A stretch of DNA of 64,000 nucleotides from Candidatus Babeliales bacterium (GCA_023133515.1 JAGLWI010000003.1:12265-76264), one strand, 5' to 3'. Counted from the stretch's first letter, positions 10,843-21,194 are shown. The notes: a model not told the origin generated them from the sequence alone. A program made the numbers and translations.

Positions 10843-12293
10843 AGAAGGAAGCTGTGGTTATAGGAGCTGGACCGGCTGGTCTTACTGCAGCATTAGAACT
10901 TGTAAAATCTGATAAATTTGAAGTTAAAATTTTAGAAAAAGATTTTGTTGTAGGTGGAATTTCTAAAACTACGGAATATAACGGTTGTAAATTTGATATA
11001 GGACCACATCATTTTATAACTGATTCAAAAAAAGTAGAAGATTGGTGGTTTGACTTGATGAAACCTGAGCAGGAAAATGGAAATCTTTTTATAAATTTAT
11101 GTAGATTTACAAGAATTTATTATAAAAAACATTTTTTTAATTATCCTTTACAACCTTTAAACGTTCTTAAAGGTCTTAGTTTTTTTGAATGTCTGTATTG
11201 TGTTTTTAGTTATATAAAAATTTGTTTATTTCCTATTAAAAAGGTAAAAACTTTTCAGGATTGGGTTACTAATAAGTTTGGATACAGGCTTTTTTTTATT
11301 TTTTTTAAAACTTATACAGAAAAAGTTTGGGGAATATCTTGTAATAAGATATCTGCTGATTGGGCTGCTCAAAGAATAAAAGGATTTTCTCTTTCAAAAG
11401 CTATATTTTATGCTTTTTTTGGAAGATTTTTTAAAAAAAATACTCTAAGAACTTTGAGTGATAAATTTTATTATCCATTGTTTGGAGCAGGAACATTGTG
11501 GAACAGGGTGGCTTTTAATATAGAGTCTAGTAAATTAGGAAAAATATTTTTAAATAAAAATGTTGTTGGAATTACACATAATGATTTTAAAATTACATCT
11601 GTTTTTTCTTGTAATGCTAAAGATTCAATAAGTGGTGCTAAAAAATTAATAGAACATAGAGCAGATTATTTTTTTTCTACAATGCCTATTAAAGATTTAA
11701 TTTTGTCAATGGATCCGTTACCTAAAGAAAATATTATTAAAGCAGCAAAAAAATTACGATATAGAGGCTTAATTACTGTTAATTTTATTATAAATAAAAA
11801 AAATATTTGTTTTGATCATTGGCTTTATATTCATGATAAAAGTGTAAAGATGGGACGTATTGGAAACATGAATAATTTTTCTTTAAAAATGGTTGATAAT
11901 CCAAATCATACAGCTCTTAGTTTAGAGTATTTTACTTTTGTTGATTCGTCATTTTGGAAAAAAACAGATGATGCGTTAATAAGATTGGGAAAAAGAGAAA
12001 TTGAAAAAATTGGAATAGTAAAAAAGAAAGATGTTATTAGTGGAATGATTTTAAGGTTGCAAAAAGCATATCCTATTTATGATAAAAATTATAAAAAGGA
12101 TTTGAAAATTATTTTTGATTATTTAAATAAGTTTTCAAATTTACAACTAATGGGACGAAATGGATTGCATAAGTATAACAATATGGATATTGCCATGCTT
12201 TCTGCGTTTAAAGCTGTAGATATTGTTTTGCAATCTGAAAAAGATGAAAAATTAAATAAAGAAACAGAAAAGATTGTGCAGATGAGAGTTTGA
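10827..12293 (+). CDS. FAD-dependent oxidoreductase, paralog of 2245..3849
   Basis: Motifs are [39 protein letters not shown]...SADWAAQRIKG and GRNGLHKYNNMDIAMLSAFKAV. It is colinear with the first copy. The ATG at 10827 is preferred over the TTG at 10791. Confidence 0.75.
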   Translation: MDKSLKKEAVVIGAGPAGLTAALELVKSDKFEVKILEKDFVVGGISKTTEYNGCKFDIGPHHFITDSKKVEDWWFDLMKPEQENGNLFINLCRFTRIYYKKHFFNYPLQPLNVLKGLSFFECLYCVFSYIKICLFPIKKVKTFQDWVTNKFGYRLFFIFFKTYTEKVWGISCNKISADWAAQRIKGFSLSKAIFYAFFGRFFKKNTLRTLSDKFYYPLFGAGTLWNRVAFNIESSKLGKIFLNKNVVGITHNDFKITSVFSCNAKDSISGAKKLIEHRADYFFSTMPIKDLILSMDPLPKENIIKAAKKLRYRGLITVNFIINKKNICFDHWLYIHDKSVKMGRIGNMNNFSLKMVDNPNHTALSLEYFTFVDSSFWKKTDDALIRLGKREIEKIGIVKKKDVISGMILRLQKAYPIYDKNYKKDLKIIFDYLNKFSNLQLMGRNGLHKYNNMDIAMLSAFKAVDIVLQSEKDEKLNKETEKIVQMRV

Positions 12294-12300
12294 TATTGAT

Positions 12301-13725
12301 ATGAAAGATAATTTTATTTTATTGGTTTTTTCACTACTTTTTATATTTTTTTCTTTTGTTTTATATTTTAGTATTTCATCTATTCCTCCTTATCAAGATA
12401 TAGATTCTAAGGCATATATTTATAATGCAAAAAGAATTTATGATAACAATCTTTTTTCATCAGTAGCTAGCAAAAAAGATGATCCTTATTATGCTTTAGG
12501 ATATGCATTTTTTATTGGCTTGATATACAAATTATTTGGAATAAATAATAATTTTGTTGTTTTTATACAAATTTTATTAGCTTTATTAACAGGTTTTTTA
12601 GTTTTTAGGGCAACCAAATTTTTATTTAATAAAACAATTGCATTAATATCGTTTATATTTTTTTCTTTTAATATTGGTTTTTTGGTTTTTTCTCAATTTA
12701 TTTTGACAGAAATATTATTGACTTTTTTATTAGCATTGTTTTTTGAGCGATTTGCGTATTTTTTAAAAAAAGATAGTATTTCAAGTTTGATTCAATCTGG
12801 GTTGATATTGGGGATTTCTGTAGCAGTAAAACCTGCTGCAATATATTTTATTTTTCCTTTGTTTTTTTTGATTTTATTTATGAACCGAAGCTTTTCGGGC
12901 TTTGTAAACAAAGCCATTTTGTTGAAGTCGGAGGAGAAGTTGTCTAGCGAAGATTTATTTTTAATAAAAAATAAATTGTTTTATAAAATTAAATTAATTT
13001 TTTTTCTTTCTGTTTCTTTTTATCTTCCTATTATTGGTTATATGTTTTTTAATAAAATTAACTTTGATAATTTTAGTGTTGCTCCTTTGGCAAATGAGAA
13101 TCTTTATCTTTATCTTTTCCCAAAAGTTATTGCTTATAAAAATAATACAGATTGGATTATAGAGAAAAGAAAAATTGGTTCACTTTTAACCGGTAGTAAG
13201 TTGAATGAAAAAAGTTGGTCAAAAATAAAAGAAAAATTTTATGAATATTTTAAAAAAGACCCAATTATTTTTTTACAGATTTGGTTAAAGAATGTTTTTA
13301 AGACGTGTGTTGGTCTTTTTACAACAAATCTTAAAGTTTTGATAGAAAGAGATGTAAAAGGTGGAGATATTTCTTTTTTCAAAATGGAAGGAAATTTTTT
13401 TAAAAGAATTTTTGATTATATTACATGTGGTACAAAAAATCCTCTAATAAAAATAGTAGGTGTTTTTGAGGCTATCTGGTCAGTATTACGTTATATTTTA
13501 TGTTTGATTGCTTTATTTTTTTTAGTTTTTAAGAAAAAGTGGTTAACTTTTTTCTTTTTCTTTTTTTATTTATTTTATTTTTCAATGATTACAGGTCACG
13601 ATGGTTGTGCAAGATTTAGAATGATGTTTGAGCCTGTGTTGCTAGTTTTGGCATCATTTGGTTTGTGGGTTATAGTAAGAGCTTATATGAAAACTCAGAT
13701 AATTTTACAACGGCGTTCATCCTGA
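12301..13725 (+). CDS. Divergent GT-C-fold (PMT_2-like) membrane glycosyltransferase
   Basis: 474 aa and multi-TM. It has DIDSKAYIYNAKRI in the first loop and a C-terminal CARFRMMFEPV that echoes ARLRLPIEPF. The last codons and the TGA stop lie inside palindromic repeat copy 1. Confidence 0.65.
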   Translation: MKDNFILLVFSLLFIFFSFVLYFSISSIPPYQDIDSKAYIYNAKRIYDNNLFSSVASKKDDPYYALGYAFFIGLIYKLFGINNNFVVFIQILLALLTGFLVFRATKFLFNKTIALISFIFFSFNIGFLVFSQFILTEILLTFLLALFFERFAYFLKKDSISSLIQSGLILGISVAVKPAAIYFIFPLFFLILFMNRSFSGFVNKAILLKSEEKLSSEDLFLIKNKLFYKIKLIFFLSVSFYLPIIGYMFFNKINFDNFSVAPLANENLYLYLFPKVIAYKNNTDWIIEKRKIGSLLTGSKLNEKSWSKIKEKFYEYFKKDPIIFLQIWLKNVFKTCVGLFTTNLKVLIERDVKGGDISFFKMEGNFFKRIFDYITCGTKNPLIKIVGVFEAIWSVLRYILCLIALFFLVFKKKWLTFFFFFFYLFYFSMITGHDGCARFRMMFEPVLLVLASFGLWVIVRAYMKTQIILQRRSS

Positions 13726-13780
13726 GCTTGTCGAAAGATGAACGTGCGCATGCATCTTTCGACAAGCTCAGGATGAGCGC
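13713..13780. repeat. GC-rich palindromic intergenic element, copy 1 (REP/MITE-like)
   Basis: The arms gcgttcatcctgagcttgtcgaaagatg (13713-13740) and catctttcgacaagctcaggatgagcgc (13753-13780) are reverse complements with 1 mismatch. The spacer is 12 nt (aacgtgcgcatg). Confidence 0.9.
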
Positions 13781-13860
13781 GCAATTATATATTTTTCAAA
13801 GTTAAGTTTAAGGACACAATTTGAGTTAAATAAAAGGTTATATAAAAAAGACGGTAAAAG

Positions 13861-14928
13861 ATGTTGGATAGATATTTTATGATTCTTTGTGGTGGTGGGG
13901 GTGAAAGACTTTGGCCACTGAGTCGGAAAAAAAAACCAAAACAGTTTATTAATTTTTTAAATAATTCTTCTCTTTTAGAACAAACTATAAATCGAATAAA
14001 GCCACTTATTCAGTATAAAAAAAATTTAGGAATTATTATTAATAATAATCAATCTGATTTGATTTTAGAATCGGTATTAGAAAAAATAGGTTTTGTATTA
14101 AAAGAACCAGCTTTAAGAAATACTGCGCCAGCGGTTTTATATAGTTGTTTCCATTTAAAAAGTTTGAGTAAAGATGCAGTTGTTGTTTTCCTTCCAGCAG
14201 ATTCTTTTGTAACTGAAAATGAAAAATATTGTCATTATTTGGAAAAAGCAATTAAATATGCTTCTGAAAATGAGAAAATTGTAACTTTGGGTGTTATGCC
14301 AACTTATCCTGCAACTGGATATGGATATATTCAAGCCGGTTTAAAGGATGGAGAAAAAATAATTTGTGGGAATGTTTATGATACTTTTAAATTTCATGAA
14401 AAACCAGATTTGAAACTTGCTGAAGATTATATTCAAAAAGAAGATATGTTTTGGAATATTGCAGTTTTTATATCAAAGGTTTCTGTTTTTTTAAATGAAT
14501 TTGAAAAAAATGCTCCTTTTCTTTTTAATTCAATGAAAAATTTTTTAAATAACGATATTAAATATGAAGATATTAAAAATATTTCAATAGATTATGCAGT
14601 TATGGAAAAGAGTAAAAATGTTGCTGTTTTGCCATGTGATTTTGAATGGAGTGATGTAGGAAATTTGGAAGTTTTTTTGCGATTACAATCTAGATTATCA
14701 GAAAATAAAAATGGAATAAAAATTATAAATGTTGACTCTGAAAATAATTTAGTACATATCACAAAAAAAGAATTAAAAAAAGATAAGGCTGTTATATTTT
14801 TGGGAGTTGAGGATATTTGTTTAGTAGAAGATGATAACGTGATTTTGGTGGCAAAGAGAGGAGATGTAGAAAAAGTTAAAAAAGTTTTAAAAAAATTACG
14901 TGAAGAATCTTTAGATCAATTTCTTTAA
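13861..14928 (+). CDS. manC: Mannose-1-phosphate guanylyltransferase (NTP-transferase domain only)
   Basis: The N-terminal ILCGGGGERLWPLSRKKKPKQF matches the ManC/CpsB signature. It is 355 aa and lies immediately upstream of gmd. Confidence 0.7.
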   Translation: MLDRYFMILCGGGGERLWPLSRKKKPKQFINFLNNSSLLEQTINRIKPLIQYKKNLGIIINNNQSDLILESVLEKIGFVLKEPALRNTAPAVLYSCFHLKSLSKDAVVVFLPADSFVTENEKYCHYLEKAIKYASENEKIVTLGVMPTYPATGYGYIQAGLKDGEKIICGNVYDTFKFHEKPDLKLAEDYIQKEDMFWNIAVFISKVSVFLNEFEKNAPFLFNSMKNFLNNDIKYEDIKNISIDYAVMEKSKNVAVLPCDFEWSDVGNLEVFLRLQSRLSENKNGIKIINVDSENNLVHITKKELKKDKAVIFLGVEDICLVEDDNVILVAKRGDVEKVKKVLKKLREESLDQFL

Positions 14929-14956
14929 AGTTTAAAAAATTGATTTTAGGAATTTT

Positions 14957-16048
14957 ATGAAAAAAGCTTTGATTACGGGAATAACTGGTCAGGATGGGTC
15001 CTATTTGGCAGAGTTTTTATTAAAAAAAGGATATCAAGTTCATGGTATAAAACGTCGTTCTTCTAGTTTTAATACTTCTCGAATTGATCATATTTATCAG
15101 GATCGATATAGAATAAATAATAGAAACTTTGTTTTACATTATGGTGATTTAACTGATGCTACAAATTTAATAAGAATTATTCAGGATACTCAGCCAGATG
15201 AAATTTATAATTTAGCTGCGCAAAGTCATGTTCATGTTTCTTTTGAAACTCCAGAATACACAGCAAATTCAGATGCACTTGGAACATTAAGATTGCTTGA
15301 GGCTATCAGGATTTTAAAGCTAACCAAAAAAACCAAATTTTATCAGGCATCAACGAGTGAACTTTATGGAAAAGTTCAGCAGATTCCTCAAAATGAAAGT
15401 ACTCAATTTTATCCACGTTCACCTTATGCGGCAGCAAAACTTTATGCTTATTGGATAACCATTAATTATCGTGAGGCATATAATATTTTTGCTTGTAACG
15501 GTATTTTATTTAATCATGAGTCTGAAAGGCGTGGAGAGACTTTTGTGACAAGAAAAATTACAATAGCAGTTTCGAAAATAAAATATGGATTACAAGAAAA
15601 ACTTTTTTTAGGAAATTTGGATTCAAAAAGAGATTGGGGTTATGCAAAAGAATATGTTGAAGCAATGTGGCTTATGTTGCAACATGAAAAACCTCAGGAT
15701 TATGTTATTGCAACTGGTCAAACTCATACTGTAAGAGAGTTTGTTGAATTGGCATTTAGATTTGTTGGAAAAGAAATAATTTGGCACGGTACAGGTGTTA
15801 ATGAAAAAGGAATTGATAAAAAAACTGAAAAAGTTTTAGTTGAGATTGATCCAATTTATTTTAGACCAACAGAAGTTAATTTGTTGATTGGTGACGCAAG
15901 AAAAGTTAAAAATGATCTTGGTTGGGCTGCAAAAACATCATTTAATGATCTAGTAAAATTGATGGTTGATTATGATTTGAAACAGATTGAAAAAGATTTG
16001 AATTTAAAAATTGTAAAAAAGGTGAAGGGTGAATTTTACAGGATTTAA
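14957..16048 (+). CDS. gmd: GDP-mannose 4,6-dehydratase
   Basis: Motifs are [56 protein letters not shown] and [17 protein letters not shown]. Confidence 0.92.
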   Translation: MKKALITGITGQDGSYLAEFLLKKGYQVHGIKRRSSSFNTSRIDHIYQDRYRINNRNFVLHYGDLTDATNLIRIIQDTQPDEIYNLAAQSHVHVSFETPEYTANSDALGTLRLLEAIRILKLTKKTKFYQASTSELYGKVQQIPQNESTQFYPRSPYAAAKLYAYWITINYREAYNIFACNGILFNHESERRGETFVTRKITIAVSKIKYGLQEKLFLGNLDSKRDWGYAKEYVEAMWLMLQHEKPQDYVIATGQTHTVREFVELAFRFVGKEIIWHGTGVNEKGIDKKTEKVLVEIDPIYFRPTEVNLLIGDARKVKNDLGWAAKTSFNDLVKLMVDYDLKQIEKDLNLKIVKKVKGEFYRI

Positions 16049-17993
16049 AATTTTTAAAAATAAATTTTTTTTAAGTTTAATTTTGTTTCTATCCATTTTT
16101 TTAATTTTTGCTTTTAGTATAAAACAATTATGGTTTAAATTAGATGATATTGGCACAATAGTTGATGGACTTATTAAAAATTGGAATGATTTTTTAAAAG
16201 TTTTTTCTACTCAATCACGTGATTTTACAGCTCCTATTAATTATAAATTTTCAAAACCAAATTTTATTTCTGCTATTTATAGGCCCTTAATAAATATTCC
16301 ATATACAATAATTTATTATTTTTTTGGTCTTGATGCATATATTTTTTATTTGTTAAATGTATTTTTTCATGCAATTAATTCCGTTTTGTTATTTTATATT
16401 TTTTCATTTTTTATGCCTGTGGGATTATCTTTTTTAGGTGGATTTCTGTTTGCATTCTATAGGGAAATGTCTTGGCTTACTTGGATTGCTATTTTAAATA
16501 ATGTACTTTCTACATTTTTTTTATTTATAACTACAATACTTTTTTTAACTTTTTTTTTAAGATCTAAAAAAGAAACTTTATGGTGTTATGATTGGAGGTA
16601 TTATCTTTCAGGGTTTACGTTATTGCTATCTTTTTTATCAAGAGAAACTCCTGTGTTTTTTTCTTTTTTTGTATTTTGTTCAATATTTTTTTTATGTAGC
16701 TATAAATATGAAAATTTTTATGAAAAAATAAAATATTCTTTTTCAAAATCATGGATTTTTTTTCTTTCAAATTTTGTTTATGTTTTAATTAGAATTTGGG
16801 CTTTTGGTTTTGAAACTTTGGATCGGACTTTTAATAATTTTTTTATTAGGTTTCCTTTTTTAAAAAATATTTTCTTAGAAAAAGCAAATGTAAAATTAGT
16901 TAATGAATTGTCTAATAATATTGTAAGTAATACTGTTGAAAATGTAAGTAAAGTGTTAAGTAGTGCAAATACAGTTAATTTAAAAAAAACTTTTTTCACA
17001 GATTTTTTTTCAGAAAAGATTATAAAGATAGAAAATTCTTTTTTTGCATGGATTAGAAGTTTGTTTTATGTAGATATTCAATCTTTTCAGGATAAAGTTT
17101 TATATTTTTTGATATTTTTATTTTTGTTGTTTTTTTTAATTTTTGCCTATAGAAAACATGGAAAAGTTTTATTAGTTTTGTTTTTAGGTTTTATATTTTT
17201 TGCTTGGCCAGGATTTTTAGCTTATCCAAATACTCGGTATATATCGTCTGTTTATCCTATTTTAATATTTACTGTTTTGTTTGGGCTTTATTTATTTTGT
17301 AGGAATTTATCAATAAAACTGATTTTTAGAAAATCTATTTCTTTTTTAATTGTTTTGTTTTTATTTGTAGTTCTTTTTGCGGGTATTAAAAAAAATCACA
17401 AGGGTTTAAATATTACTGCGGTTTCTTCCATTAAACGAAAAGAAAAATATGAAAAGTTTTTTAGAGAAAATTCATTTGATAATGGTAAGAATTTTATAGT
17501 TATAAGTTCTCCTTTTACTTCTGATATTCATAGTGTTTTTCAGTATTTTTTAAATAACTATAGTATTAAATTATCGTATGTTCTTTTTTCTACATTGGCA
17601 AATAAAGGAAGCATGGGTTGTAGGGGTGATTATAAAGTTAAAGGAGTTGAGAGTAAAATAGTTTCAGTTAAAATGGATGGTAAAAAAGGAATTAGATTAA
17701 TTTCATTGAATAAGCAACATTGTGCTTGGTGGATGAATTTCTCTGATCATCCAATCAAATGGTCAAAAAAAGAAAAAGCATATATTTGGACAGATAAAAA
17801 ATATATGGTTGATAGATGGTATGATTTTTCTATGGGAAAATTTATTATAAATGAGATGATTGGCGATAAATATGTTACTGATATAATTTTTATTTTTGAT
17901 AACATTTGGGTAGATGAAAATACGGTGTTTGTATTTTGGGATACAATGGAAGGTAAATATAAAGTTTTAAATATTGATAAGGAGATTGAATGA
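16029..17993 (+). CDS. Large polytopic membrane protein, possible GT-C-fold glycosyltransferase with a C-terminal soluble domain
   Basis: 654 aa with about 12 hydrophobic segments. An acidic [10 protein letters not shown] follows TM1. The last ~200 aa are hydrophilic. The GTG start overlaps gmd by 20 nt. Confidence 0.5.
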   Translation: MNFTGFKIFKNKFFLSLILFLSIFLIFAFSIKQLWFKLDDIGTIVDGLIKNWNDFLKVFSTQSRDFTAPINYKFSKPNFISAIYRPLINIPYTIIYYFFGLDAYIFYLLNVFFHAINSVLLFYIFSFFMPVGLSFLGGFLFAFYREMSWLTWIAILNNVLSTFFLFITTILFLTFFLRSKKETLWCYDWRYYLSGFTLLLSFLSRETPVFFSFFVFCSIFFLCSYKYENFYEKIKYSFSKSWIFFLSNFVYVLIRIWAFGFETLDRTFNNFFIRFPFLKNIFLEKANVKLVNELSNNIVSNTVENVSKVLSSANTVNLKKTFFTDFFSEKIIKIENSFFAWIRSLFYVDIQSFQDKVLYFLIFLFLLFFLIFAYRKHGKVLLVLFLGFIFFAWPGFLAYPNTRYISSVYPILIFTVLFGLYLFCRNLSIKLIFRKSISFLIVLFLFVVLFAGIKKNHKGLNITAVSSIKRKEKYEKFFRENSFDNGKNFIVISSPFTSDIHSVFQYFLNNYSIKLSYVLFSTLANKGSMGCRGDYKVKGVESKIVSVKMDGKKGIRLISLNKQHCAWWMNFSDHPIKWSKKEKAYIWTDKKYMVDRWYDFSMGKFIINEMIGDKYVTDIIFIFDNIWVDENTVFVFWDTMEGKYKVLNIDKEIE

Positions 17994-18199
17994 AGATTAC
18001 AAAAAGAGTGTTTTTTTTAACAATGATATCATTTTTTGTATCTACAAATTTTGTTTATTCTTATATAGATCCAGGTATGGGTAGTATGTTAATTCAACTA
18101 CTTATTGCTAGTTTTGTTGGAGCTTTATATTGTGTAAAAGTTTTTTGGAAACAGATAAAAATATTTACGGTTTCTGTTTTTAGAAAAAAAGGTAGTTAA
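17990..18199 (+). CDS. Small membrane protein (69 aa) with YIDPGMGS motif
   Basis: ATGA overlap with the upstream gene and TAATG overlap with the downstream gene suggest translational coupling. It has two hydrophobic segments. Confidence 0.5.
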   Translation: MKITKRVFFLTMISFFVSTNFVYSYIDPGMGSMLIQLLIASFVGALYCVKVFWKQIKIFTVSVFRKKGS

Positions 18200-19587
18200 T
18201 GAATTTTGAAAAGGAGAATAGTTCTTTTCGTGATCCGAGTGGTTTTTTGTTTTGGAGAGAAAATATTCTTTATAGAATGATAAGCCATTCTTATTCAAAG
18301 CATTATGATTTTTTTATAAACTCAGGTTTATATAATCAGTTGGTAAAAAAACAATTTATAATTTCACATGATGAAGTTGATAATTTTGGATTTGAAAAAT
18401 GTTTTAAAGTTATTAAACCTCAAAAAATTCCTTTTATTTCTTATCCTTATGAATGGGCTTTTAGTCAGTTTAAAGATGCAGCATTATTGACATTGCAAAT
18501 ACAAAAAATTGCTTTAGAGTATGGTATGACATTAAAAGATTGTAGTGCTTATAATGTACAATTTTTTAATGGTAAACCTATATTTATAGATACGCTTTCT
18601 TTTGAAATTTATAATCAAGGTGAGCTGTGGATTGGTTATAAACAATTCTGCCAACATTTTTTGGCTCCTCTGGCTTTAATGAGCTATTCTGATGTAAGAT
18701 TGAATCAATTATTAAGGGTTTACATTGACGGAATTCCATTGGATATGGCTTCTAGACTTCTTCCACGAAAAACATATTTTAAATTATCTTTGTTTTTACA
18801 TTTACATATGCATTCAAAAAGTCAAAAACATTTTGAAAATAAAGGTGAAATTAAACAAATAAAAAACAAAAAAATCAGCTTGACAAGTTTTAAGGGCTTA
18901 ATTGACAATTTAGAGGTAGGTGTAAAAAAGCTTAGATGGAAATCTGGCGGAACTGAGTGGGCTAATTATTATAATGATGATAGTTATTCAAAATTGGCTT
19001 TTGAAGATAAAAAAAATTTAGTTTCTTCTTTTTTATGTATTTGTAAACCAAAAGTTGTTTGGGATCTTGGTTCTAATGATGGTTATTTTAGTCGTGTGGC
19101 AAAAAAACAATCAGAGTTTGTTTTATCGTTTGATGTAGATCATAGTTGTGTAGAAAATAATTATCTTAAAATTAAAGACAAAAAAGAGATTAATATTTTA
19201 CCTTTATTTTTAGATTTAACCAATCCAAGTTCTGGAATTGGATGGGCTCACAATGAAAGAATGTCTTTAATTAAAAGGGGGCCTGCAGATGTTATTTTGG
19301 CTTTAGCCTTGATTCACCATCTTTCTATTTCCAACAATGTTCCTTTTTTTATGATAGCAGAATTTTTTAGTAATCTTTGTTCTAATTTAATAATTGAGTT
19401 TGTTTTTAAAAGTGATAAAAAGGTTCAAAAATTGCTTTCTTCAAGAAATGATATTTTTGTTGATTATACAGAAGAAAAATTTGAAAAAGAATTTGGTAAG
19501 TTATTTATCATAGATATAAAAGAGAAAATTAAAGATTCAAAAAGAAGTTTATATTTGATGAGAAAAAAGGAGATTTTTAATGGTTAA
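18199..19587 (+). CDS. Class I SAM-dependent methyltransferase with an N-terminal accessory domain
   Basis: The C-terminal half carries motif I, VVWDLGSNDGYFSRVA, and ILALALIHHL. The N-terminus is FRDPSGFLFWRENILYR. Confidence 0.65.
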   Translation: MNFEKENSSFRDPSGFLFWRENILYRMISHSYSKHYDFFINSGLYNQLVKKQFIISHDEVDNFGFEKCFKVIKPQKIPFISYPYEWAFSQFKDAALLTLQIQKIALEYGMTLKDCSAYNVQFFNGKPIFIDTLSFEIYNQGELWIGYKQFCQHFLAPLALMSYSDVRLNQLLRVYIDGIPLDMASRLLPRKTYFKLSLFLHLHMHSKSQKHFENKGEIKQIKNKKISLTSFKGLIDNLEVGVKKLRWKSGGTEWANYYNDDSYSKLAFEDKKNLVSSFLCICKPKVVWDLGSNDGYFSRVAKKQSEFVLSFDVDHSCVENNYLKIKDKKEINILPLFLDLTNPSSGIGWAHNERMSLIKRGPADVILALALIHHLSISNNVPFFMIAEFFSNLCSNLIIEFVFKSDKKVQKLLSSRNDIFVDYTEEKFEKEFGKLFIIDIKEKIKDSKRSLYLMRKKEIFNG

Positions 19588-21160
19588 TTCTTTAAGTTTT
19601 AAGTCATTTTTAATATCTATGATTCAACCATTTTTAATTTTTTTTTATTTTCTTATCAATTTATTTACTTGTAATAATTTTCATGAAACATCTTTTATAG
19701 AAGTTATTAGCATAATTTTTTTTGGAATATTAATTATTTCGTTTTTGATTTTTGTTTTTGGATTCATTTTTTATAAAAGTTATTTTAAAGGATCGTTTTT
19801 TTTATCTTTTTGTTTACTATTATTTTTTTATTTTATTCCTATTACTTCTTATTTATACTCGATAGGTTTTATTCGAAATTTATTACATATTGGGTATAAT
19901 CGTTTTTGTGTTATTTTTATGTTGTTATGTTTTCTTTTTTTTATTTTTCTTTTTTTGAAATTATTTAAGTTAAAAAAAGAAAATATTTTTTTATCTAAAA
20001 TCTTAATTTTTCCATTTTTAATTTTAATCTTATTTTCTGTTGCAAAAATTGTATCATTTAATCTTAATGTTCAAAAACTTATTAATTCATATAAAATTTA
20101 TGAAAAACAATTTTTTGAAAAGCATGAAAAATATTTTACAACTAAAAATTTGTTAAACAAAAGAGATATTTATTATATCATTTTGGATGATTATGCTTCA
20201 CAAAGGAATTTGAAAAATTTTTATGGATATGACAACAGTTCTTTTTTGGATAGCTTAAAGGAAAAAGGTTTTTATGTAGCTGAAAATAGCTATAGTAATT
20301 ATAATTGTACGCAGTTTTCTATTCCTAGCTTTTTGAATATGAATTATTATCCTGATTTTGTTAAAAATGATTATACCAAACAGGAAAAACTTGCCCTTTC
20401 AGACTACATGATTAAAAATAATTTAGCGGTTTCTTTTTTGAAGTTACTTGATTATAAATTGGTTTTTATACCTTCTCATTGGGGACCAACAAGTTTTAAT
20501 GTTAGATCAGATTTTACCTATTCATATTTTGTTTATTCAGATTTTTTAAATATTTTTTTGAATAATACTCTTTTGCGCCCAGTTGAGAGATTAATTGGAA
20601 ATTATTTCTATAGAAAATTAGTTTATAATCAGTTAGATAGCTTAAAAGATTCTGTTAGCATAAAAGGTCCTAAGTTTGTTTTTGCTCACATAGATGTTCC
20701 ACATGCTCCTTACATTTTTGATTCTAACGGAAATAATACTTCAGAATATACTGTTTTTGGAGATAACGGTGATGTTAAAAGATTTGAAAAAATGTATATT
20801 GACCAATTGATTTTTATTAGTAAGAAGATTAATAAAGTTATAGAGTACATTTTAAATAAATCAGAGTCTGATCCAATTATATTTTTGCATTCTGATCATG
20901 GACATATCGATCTTCGTTTCCATGATTATTATAAAAAAATTGTAAAAAATGATTTGTTTGAAAAATTAAAAATACGTCATGGAATTTTAAATGTATATTA
21001 TTTTCCTAATAGTGGTGAAAAATTATTATATGATTCAATATCTCCAGTAAATAATTTTAGGGTATTTTTTAAATATTATTTTGGAATAGATTTTGATTTA
21101 TTAGATGATATTTCTTTTGGTGTTCCAGGGAATAAAGGAATTAATTTAAGTTTAAATTAG
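19580..21160 (+). CDS. Membrane-anchored sulfatase-like / alkaline-phosphatase-superfamily hydrolase or phosphotransferase
   Basis: The N-terminal region has about 5 TM segments. The soluble domain has YYIILDDYAS, HIDVPHAPYIF and IIFLHSDHGH, which resemble LtaS/EptA/sulfatase metal-site motifs. Confidence 0.55.
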   Translation: MVNSLSFKSFLISMIQPFLIFFYFLINLFTCNNFHETSFIEVISIIFFGILIISFLIFVFGFIFYKSYFKGSFFLSFCLLLFFYFIPITSYLYSIGFIRNLLHIGYNRFCVIFMLLCFLFFIFLFLKLFKLKKENIFLSKILIFPFLILILFSVAKIVSFNLNVQKLINSYKIYEKQFFEKHEKYFTTKNLLNKRDIYYIILDDYASQRNLKNFYGYDNSSFLDSLKEKGFYVAENSYSNYNCTQFSIPSFLNMNYYPDFVKNDYTKQEKLALSDYMIKNNLAVSFLKLLDYKLVFIPSHWGPTSFNVRSDFTYSYFVYSDFLNIFLNNTLLRPVERLIGNYFYRKLVYNQLDSLKDSVSIKGPKFVFAHIDVPHAPYIFDSNGNNTSEYTVFGDNGDVKRFEKMYIDQLIFISKKINKVIEYILNKSESDPIIFLHSDHGHIDLRFHDYYKKIVKNDLFEKLKIRHGILNVYYFPNSGEKLLYDSISPVNNFRVFFKYYFGIDFDLLDDISFGVPGNKGINLSLN

Positions 21161-21194
21161 TAAAATATTATTGGTTGTTTAAATTTGGTGTTTT

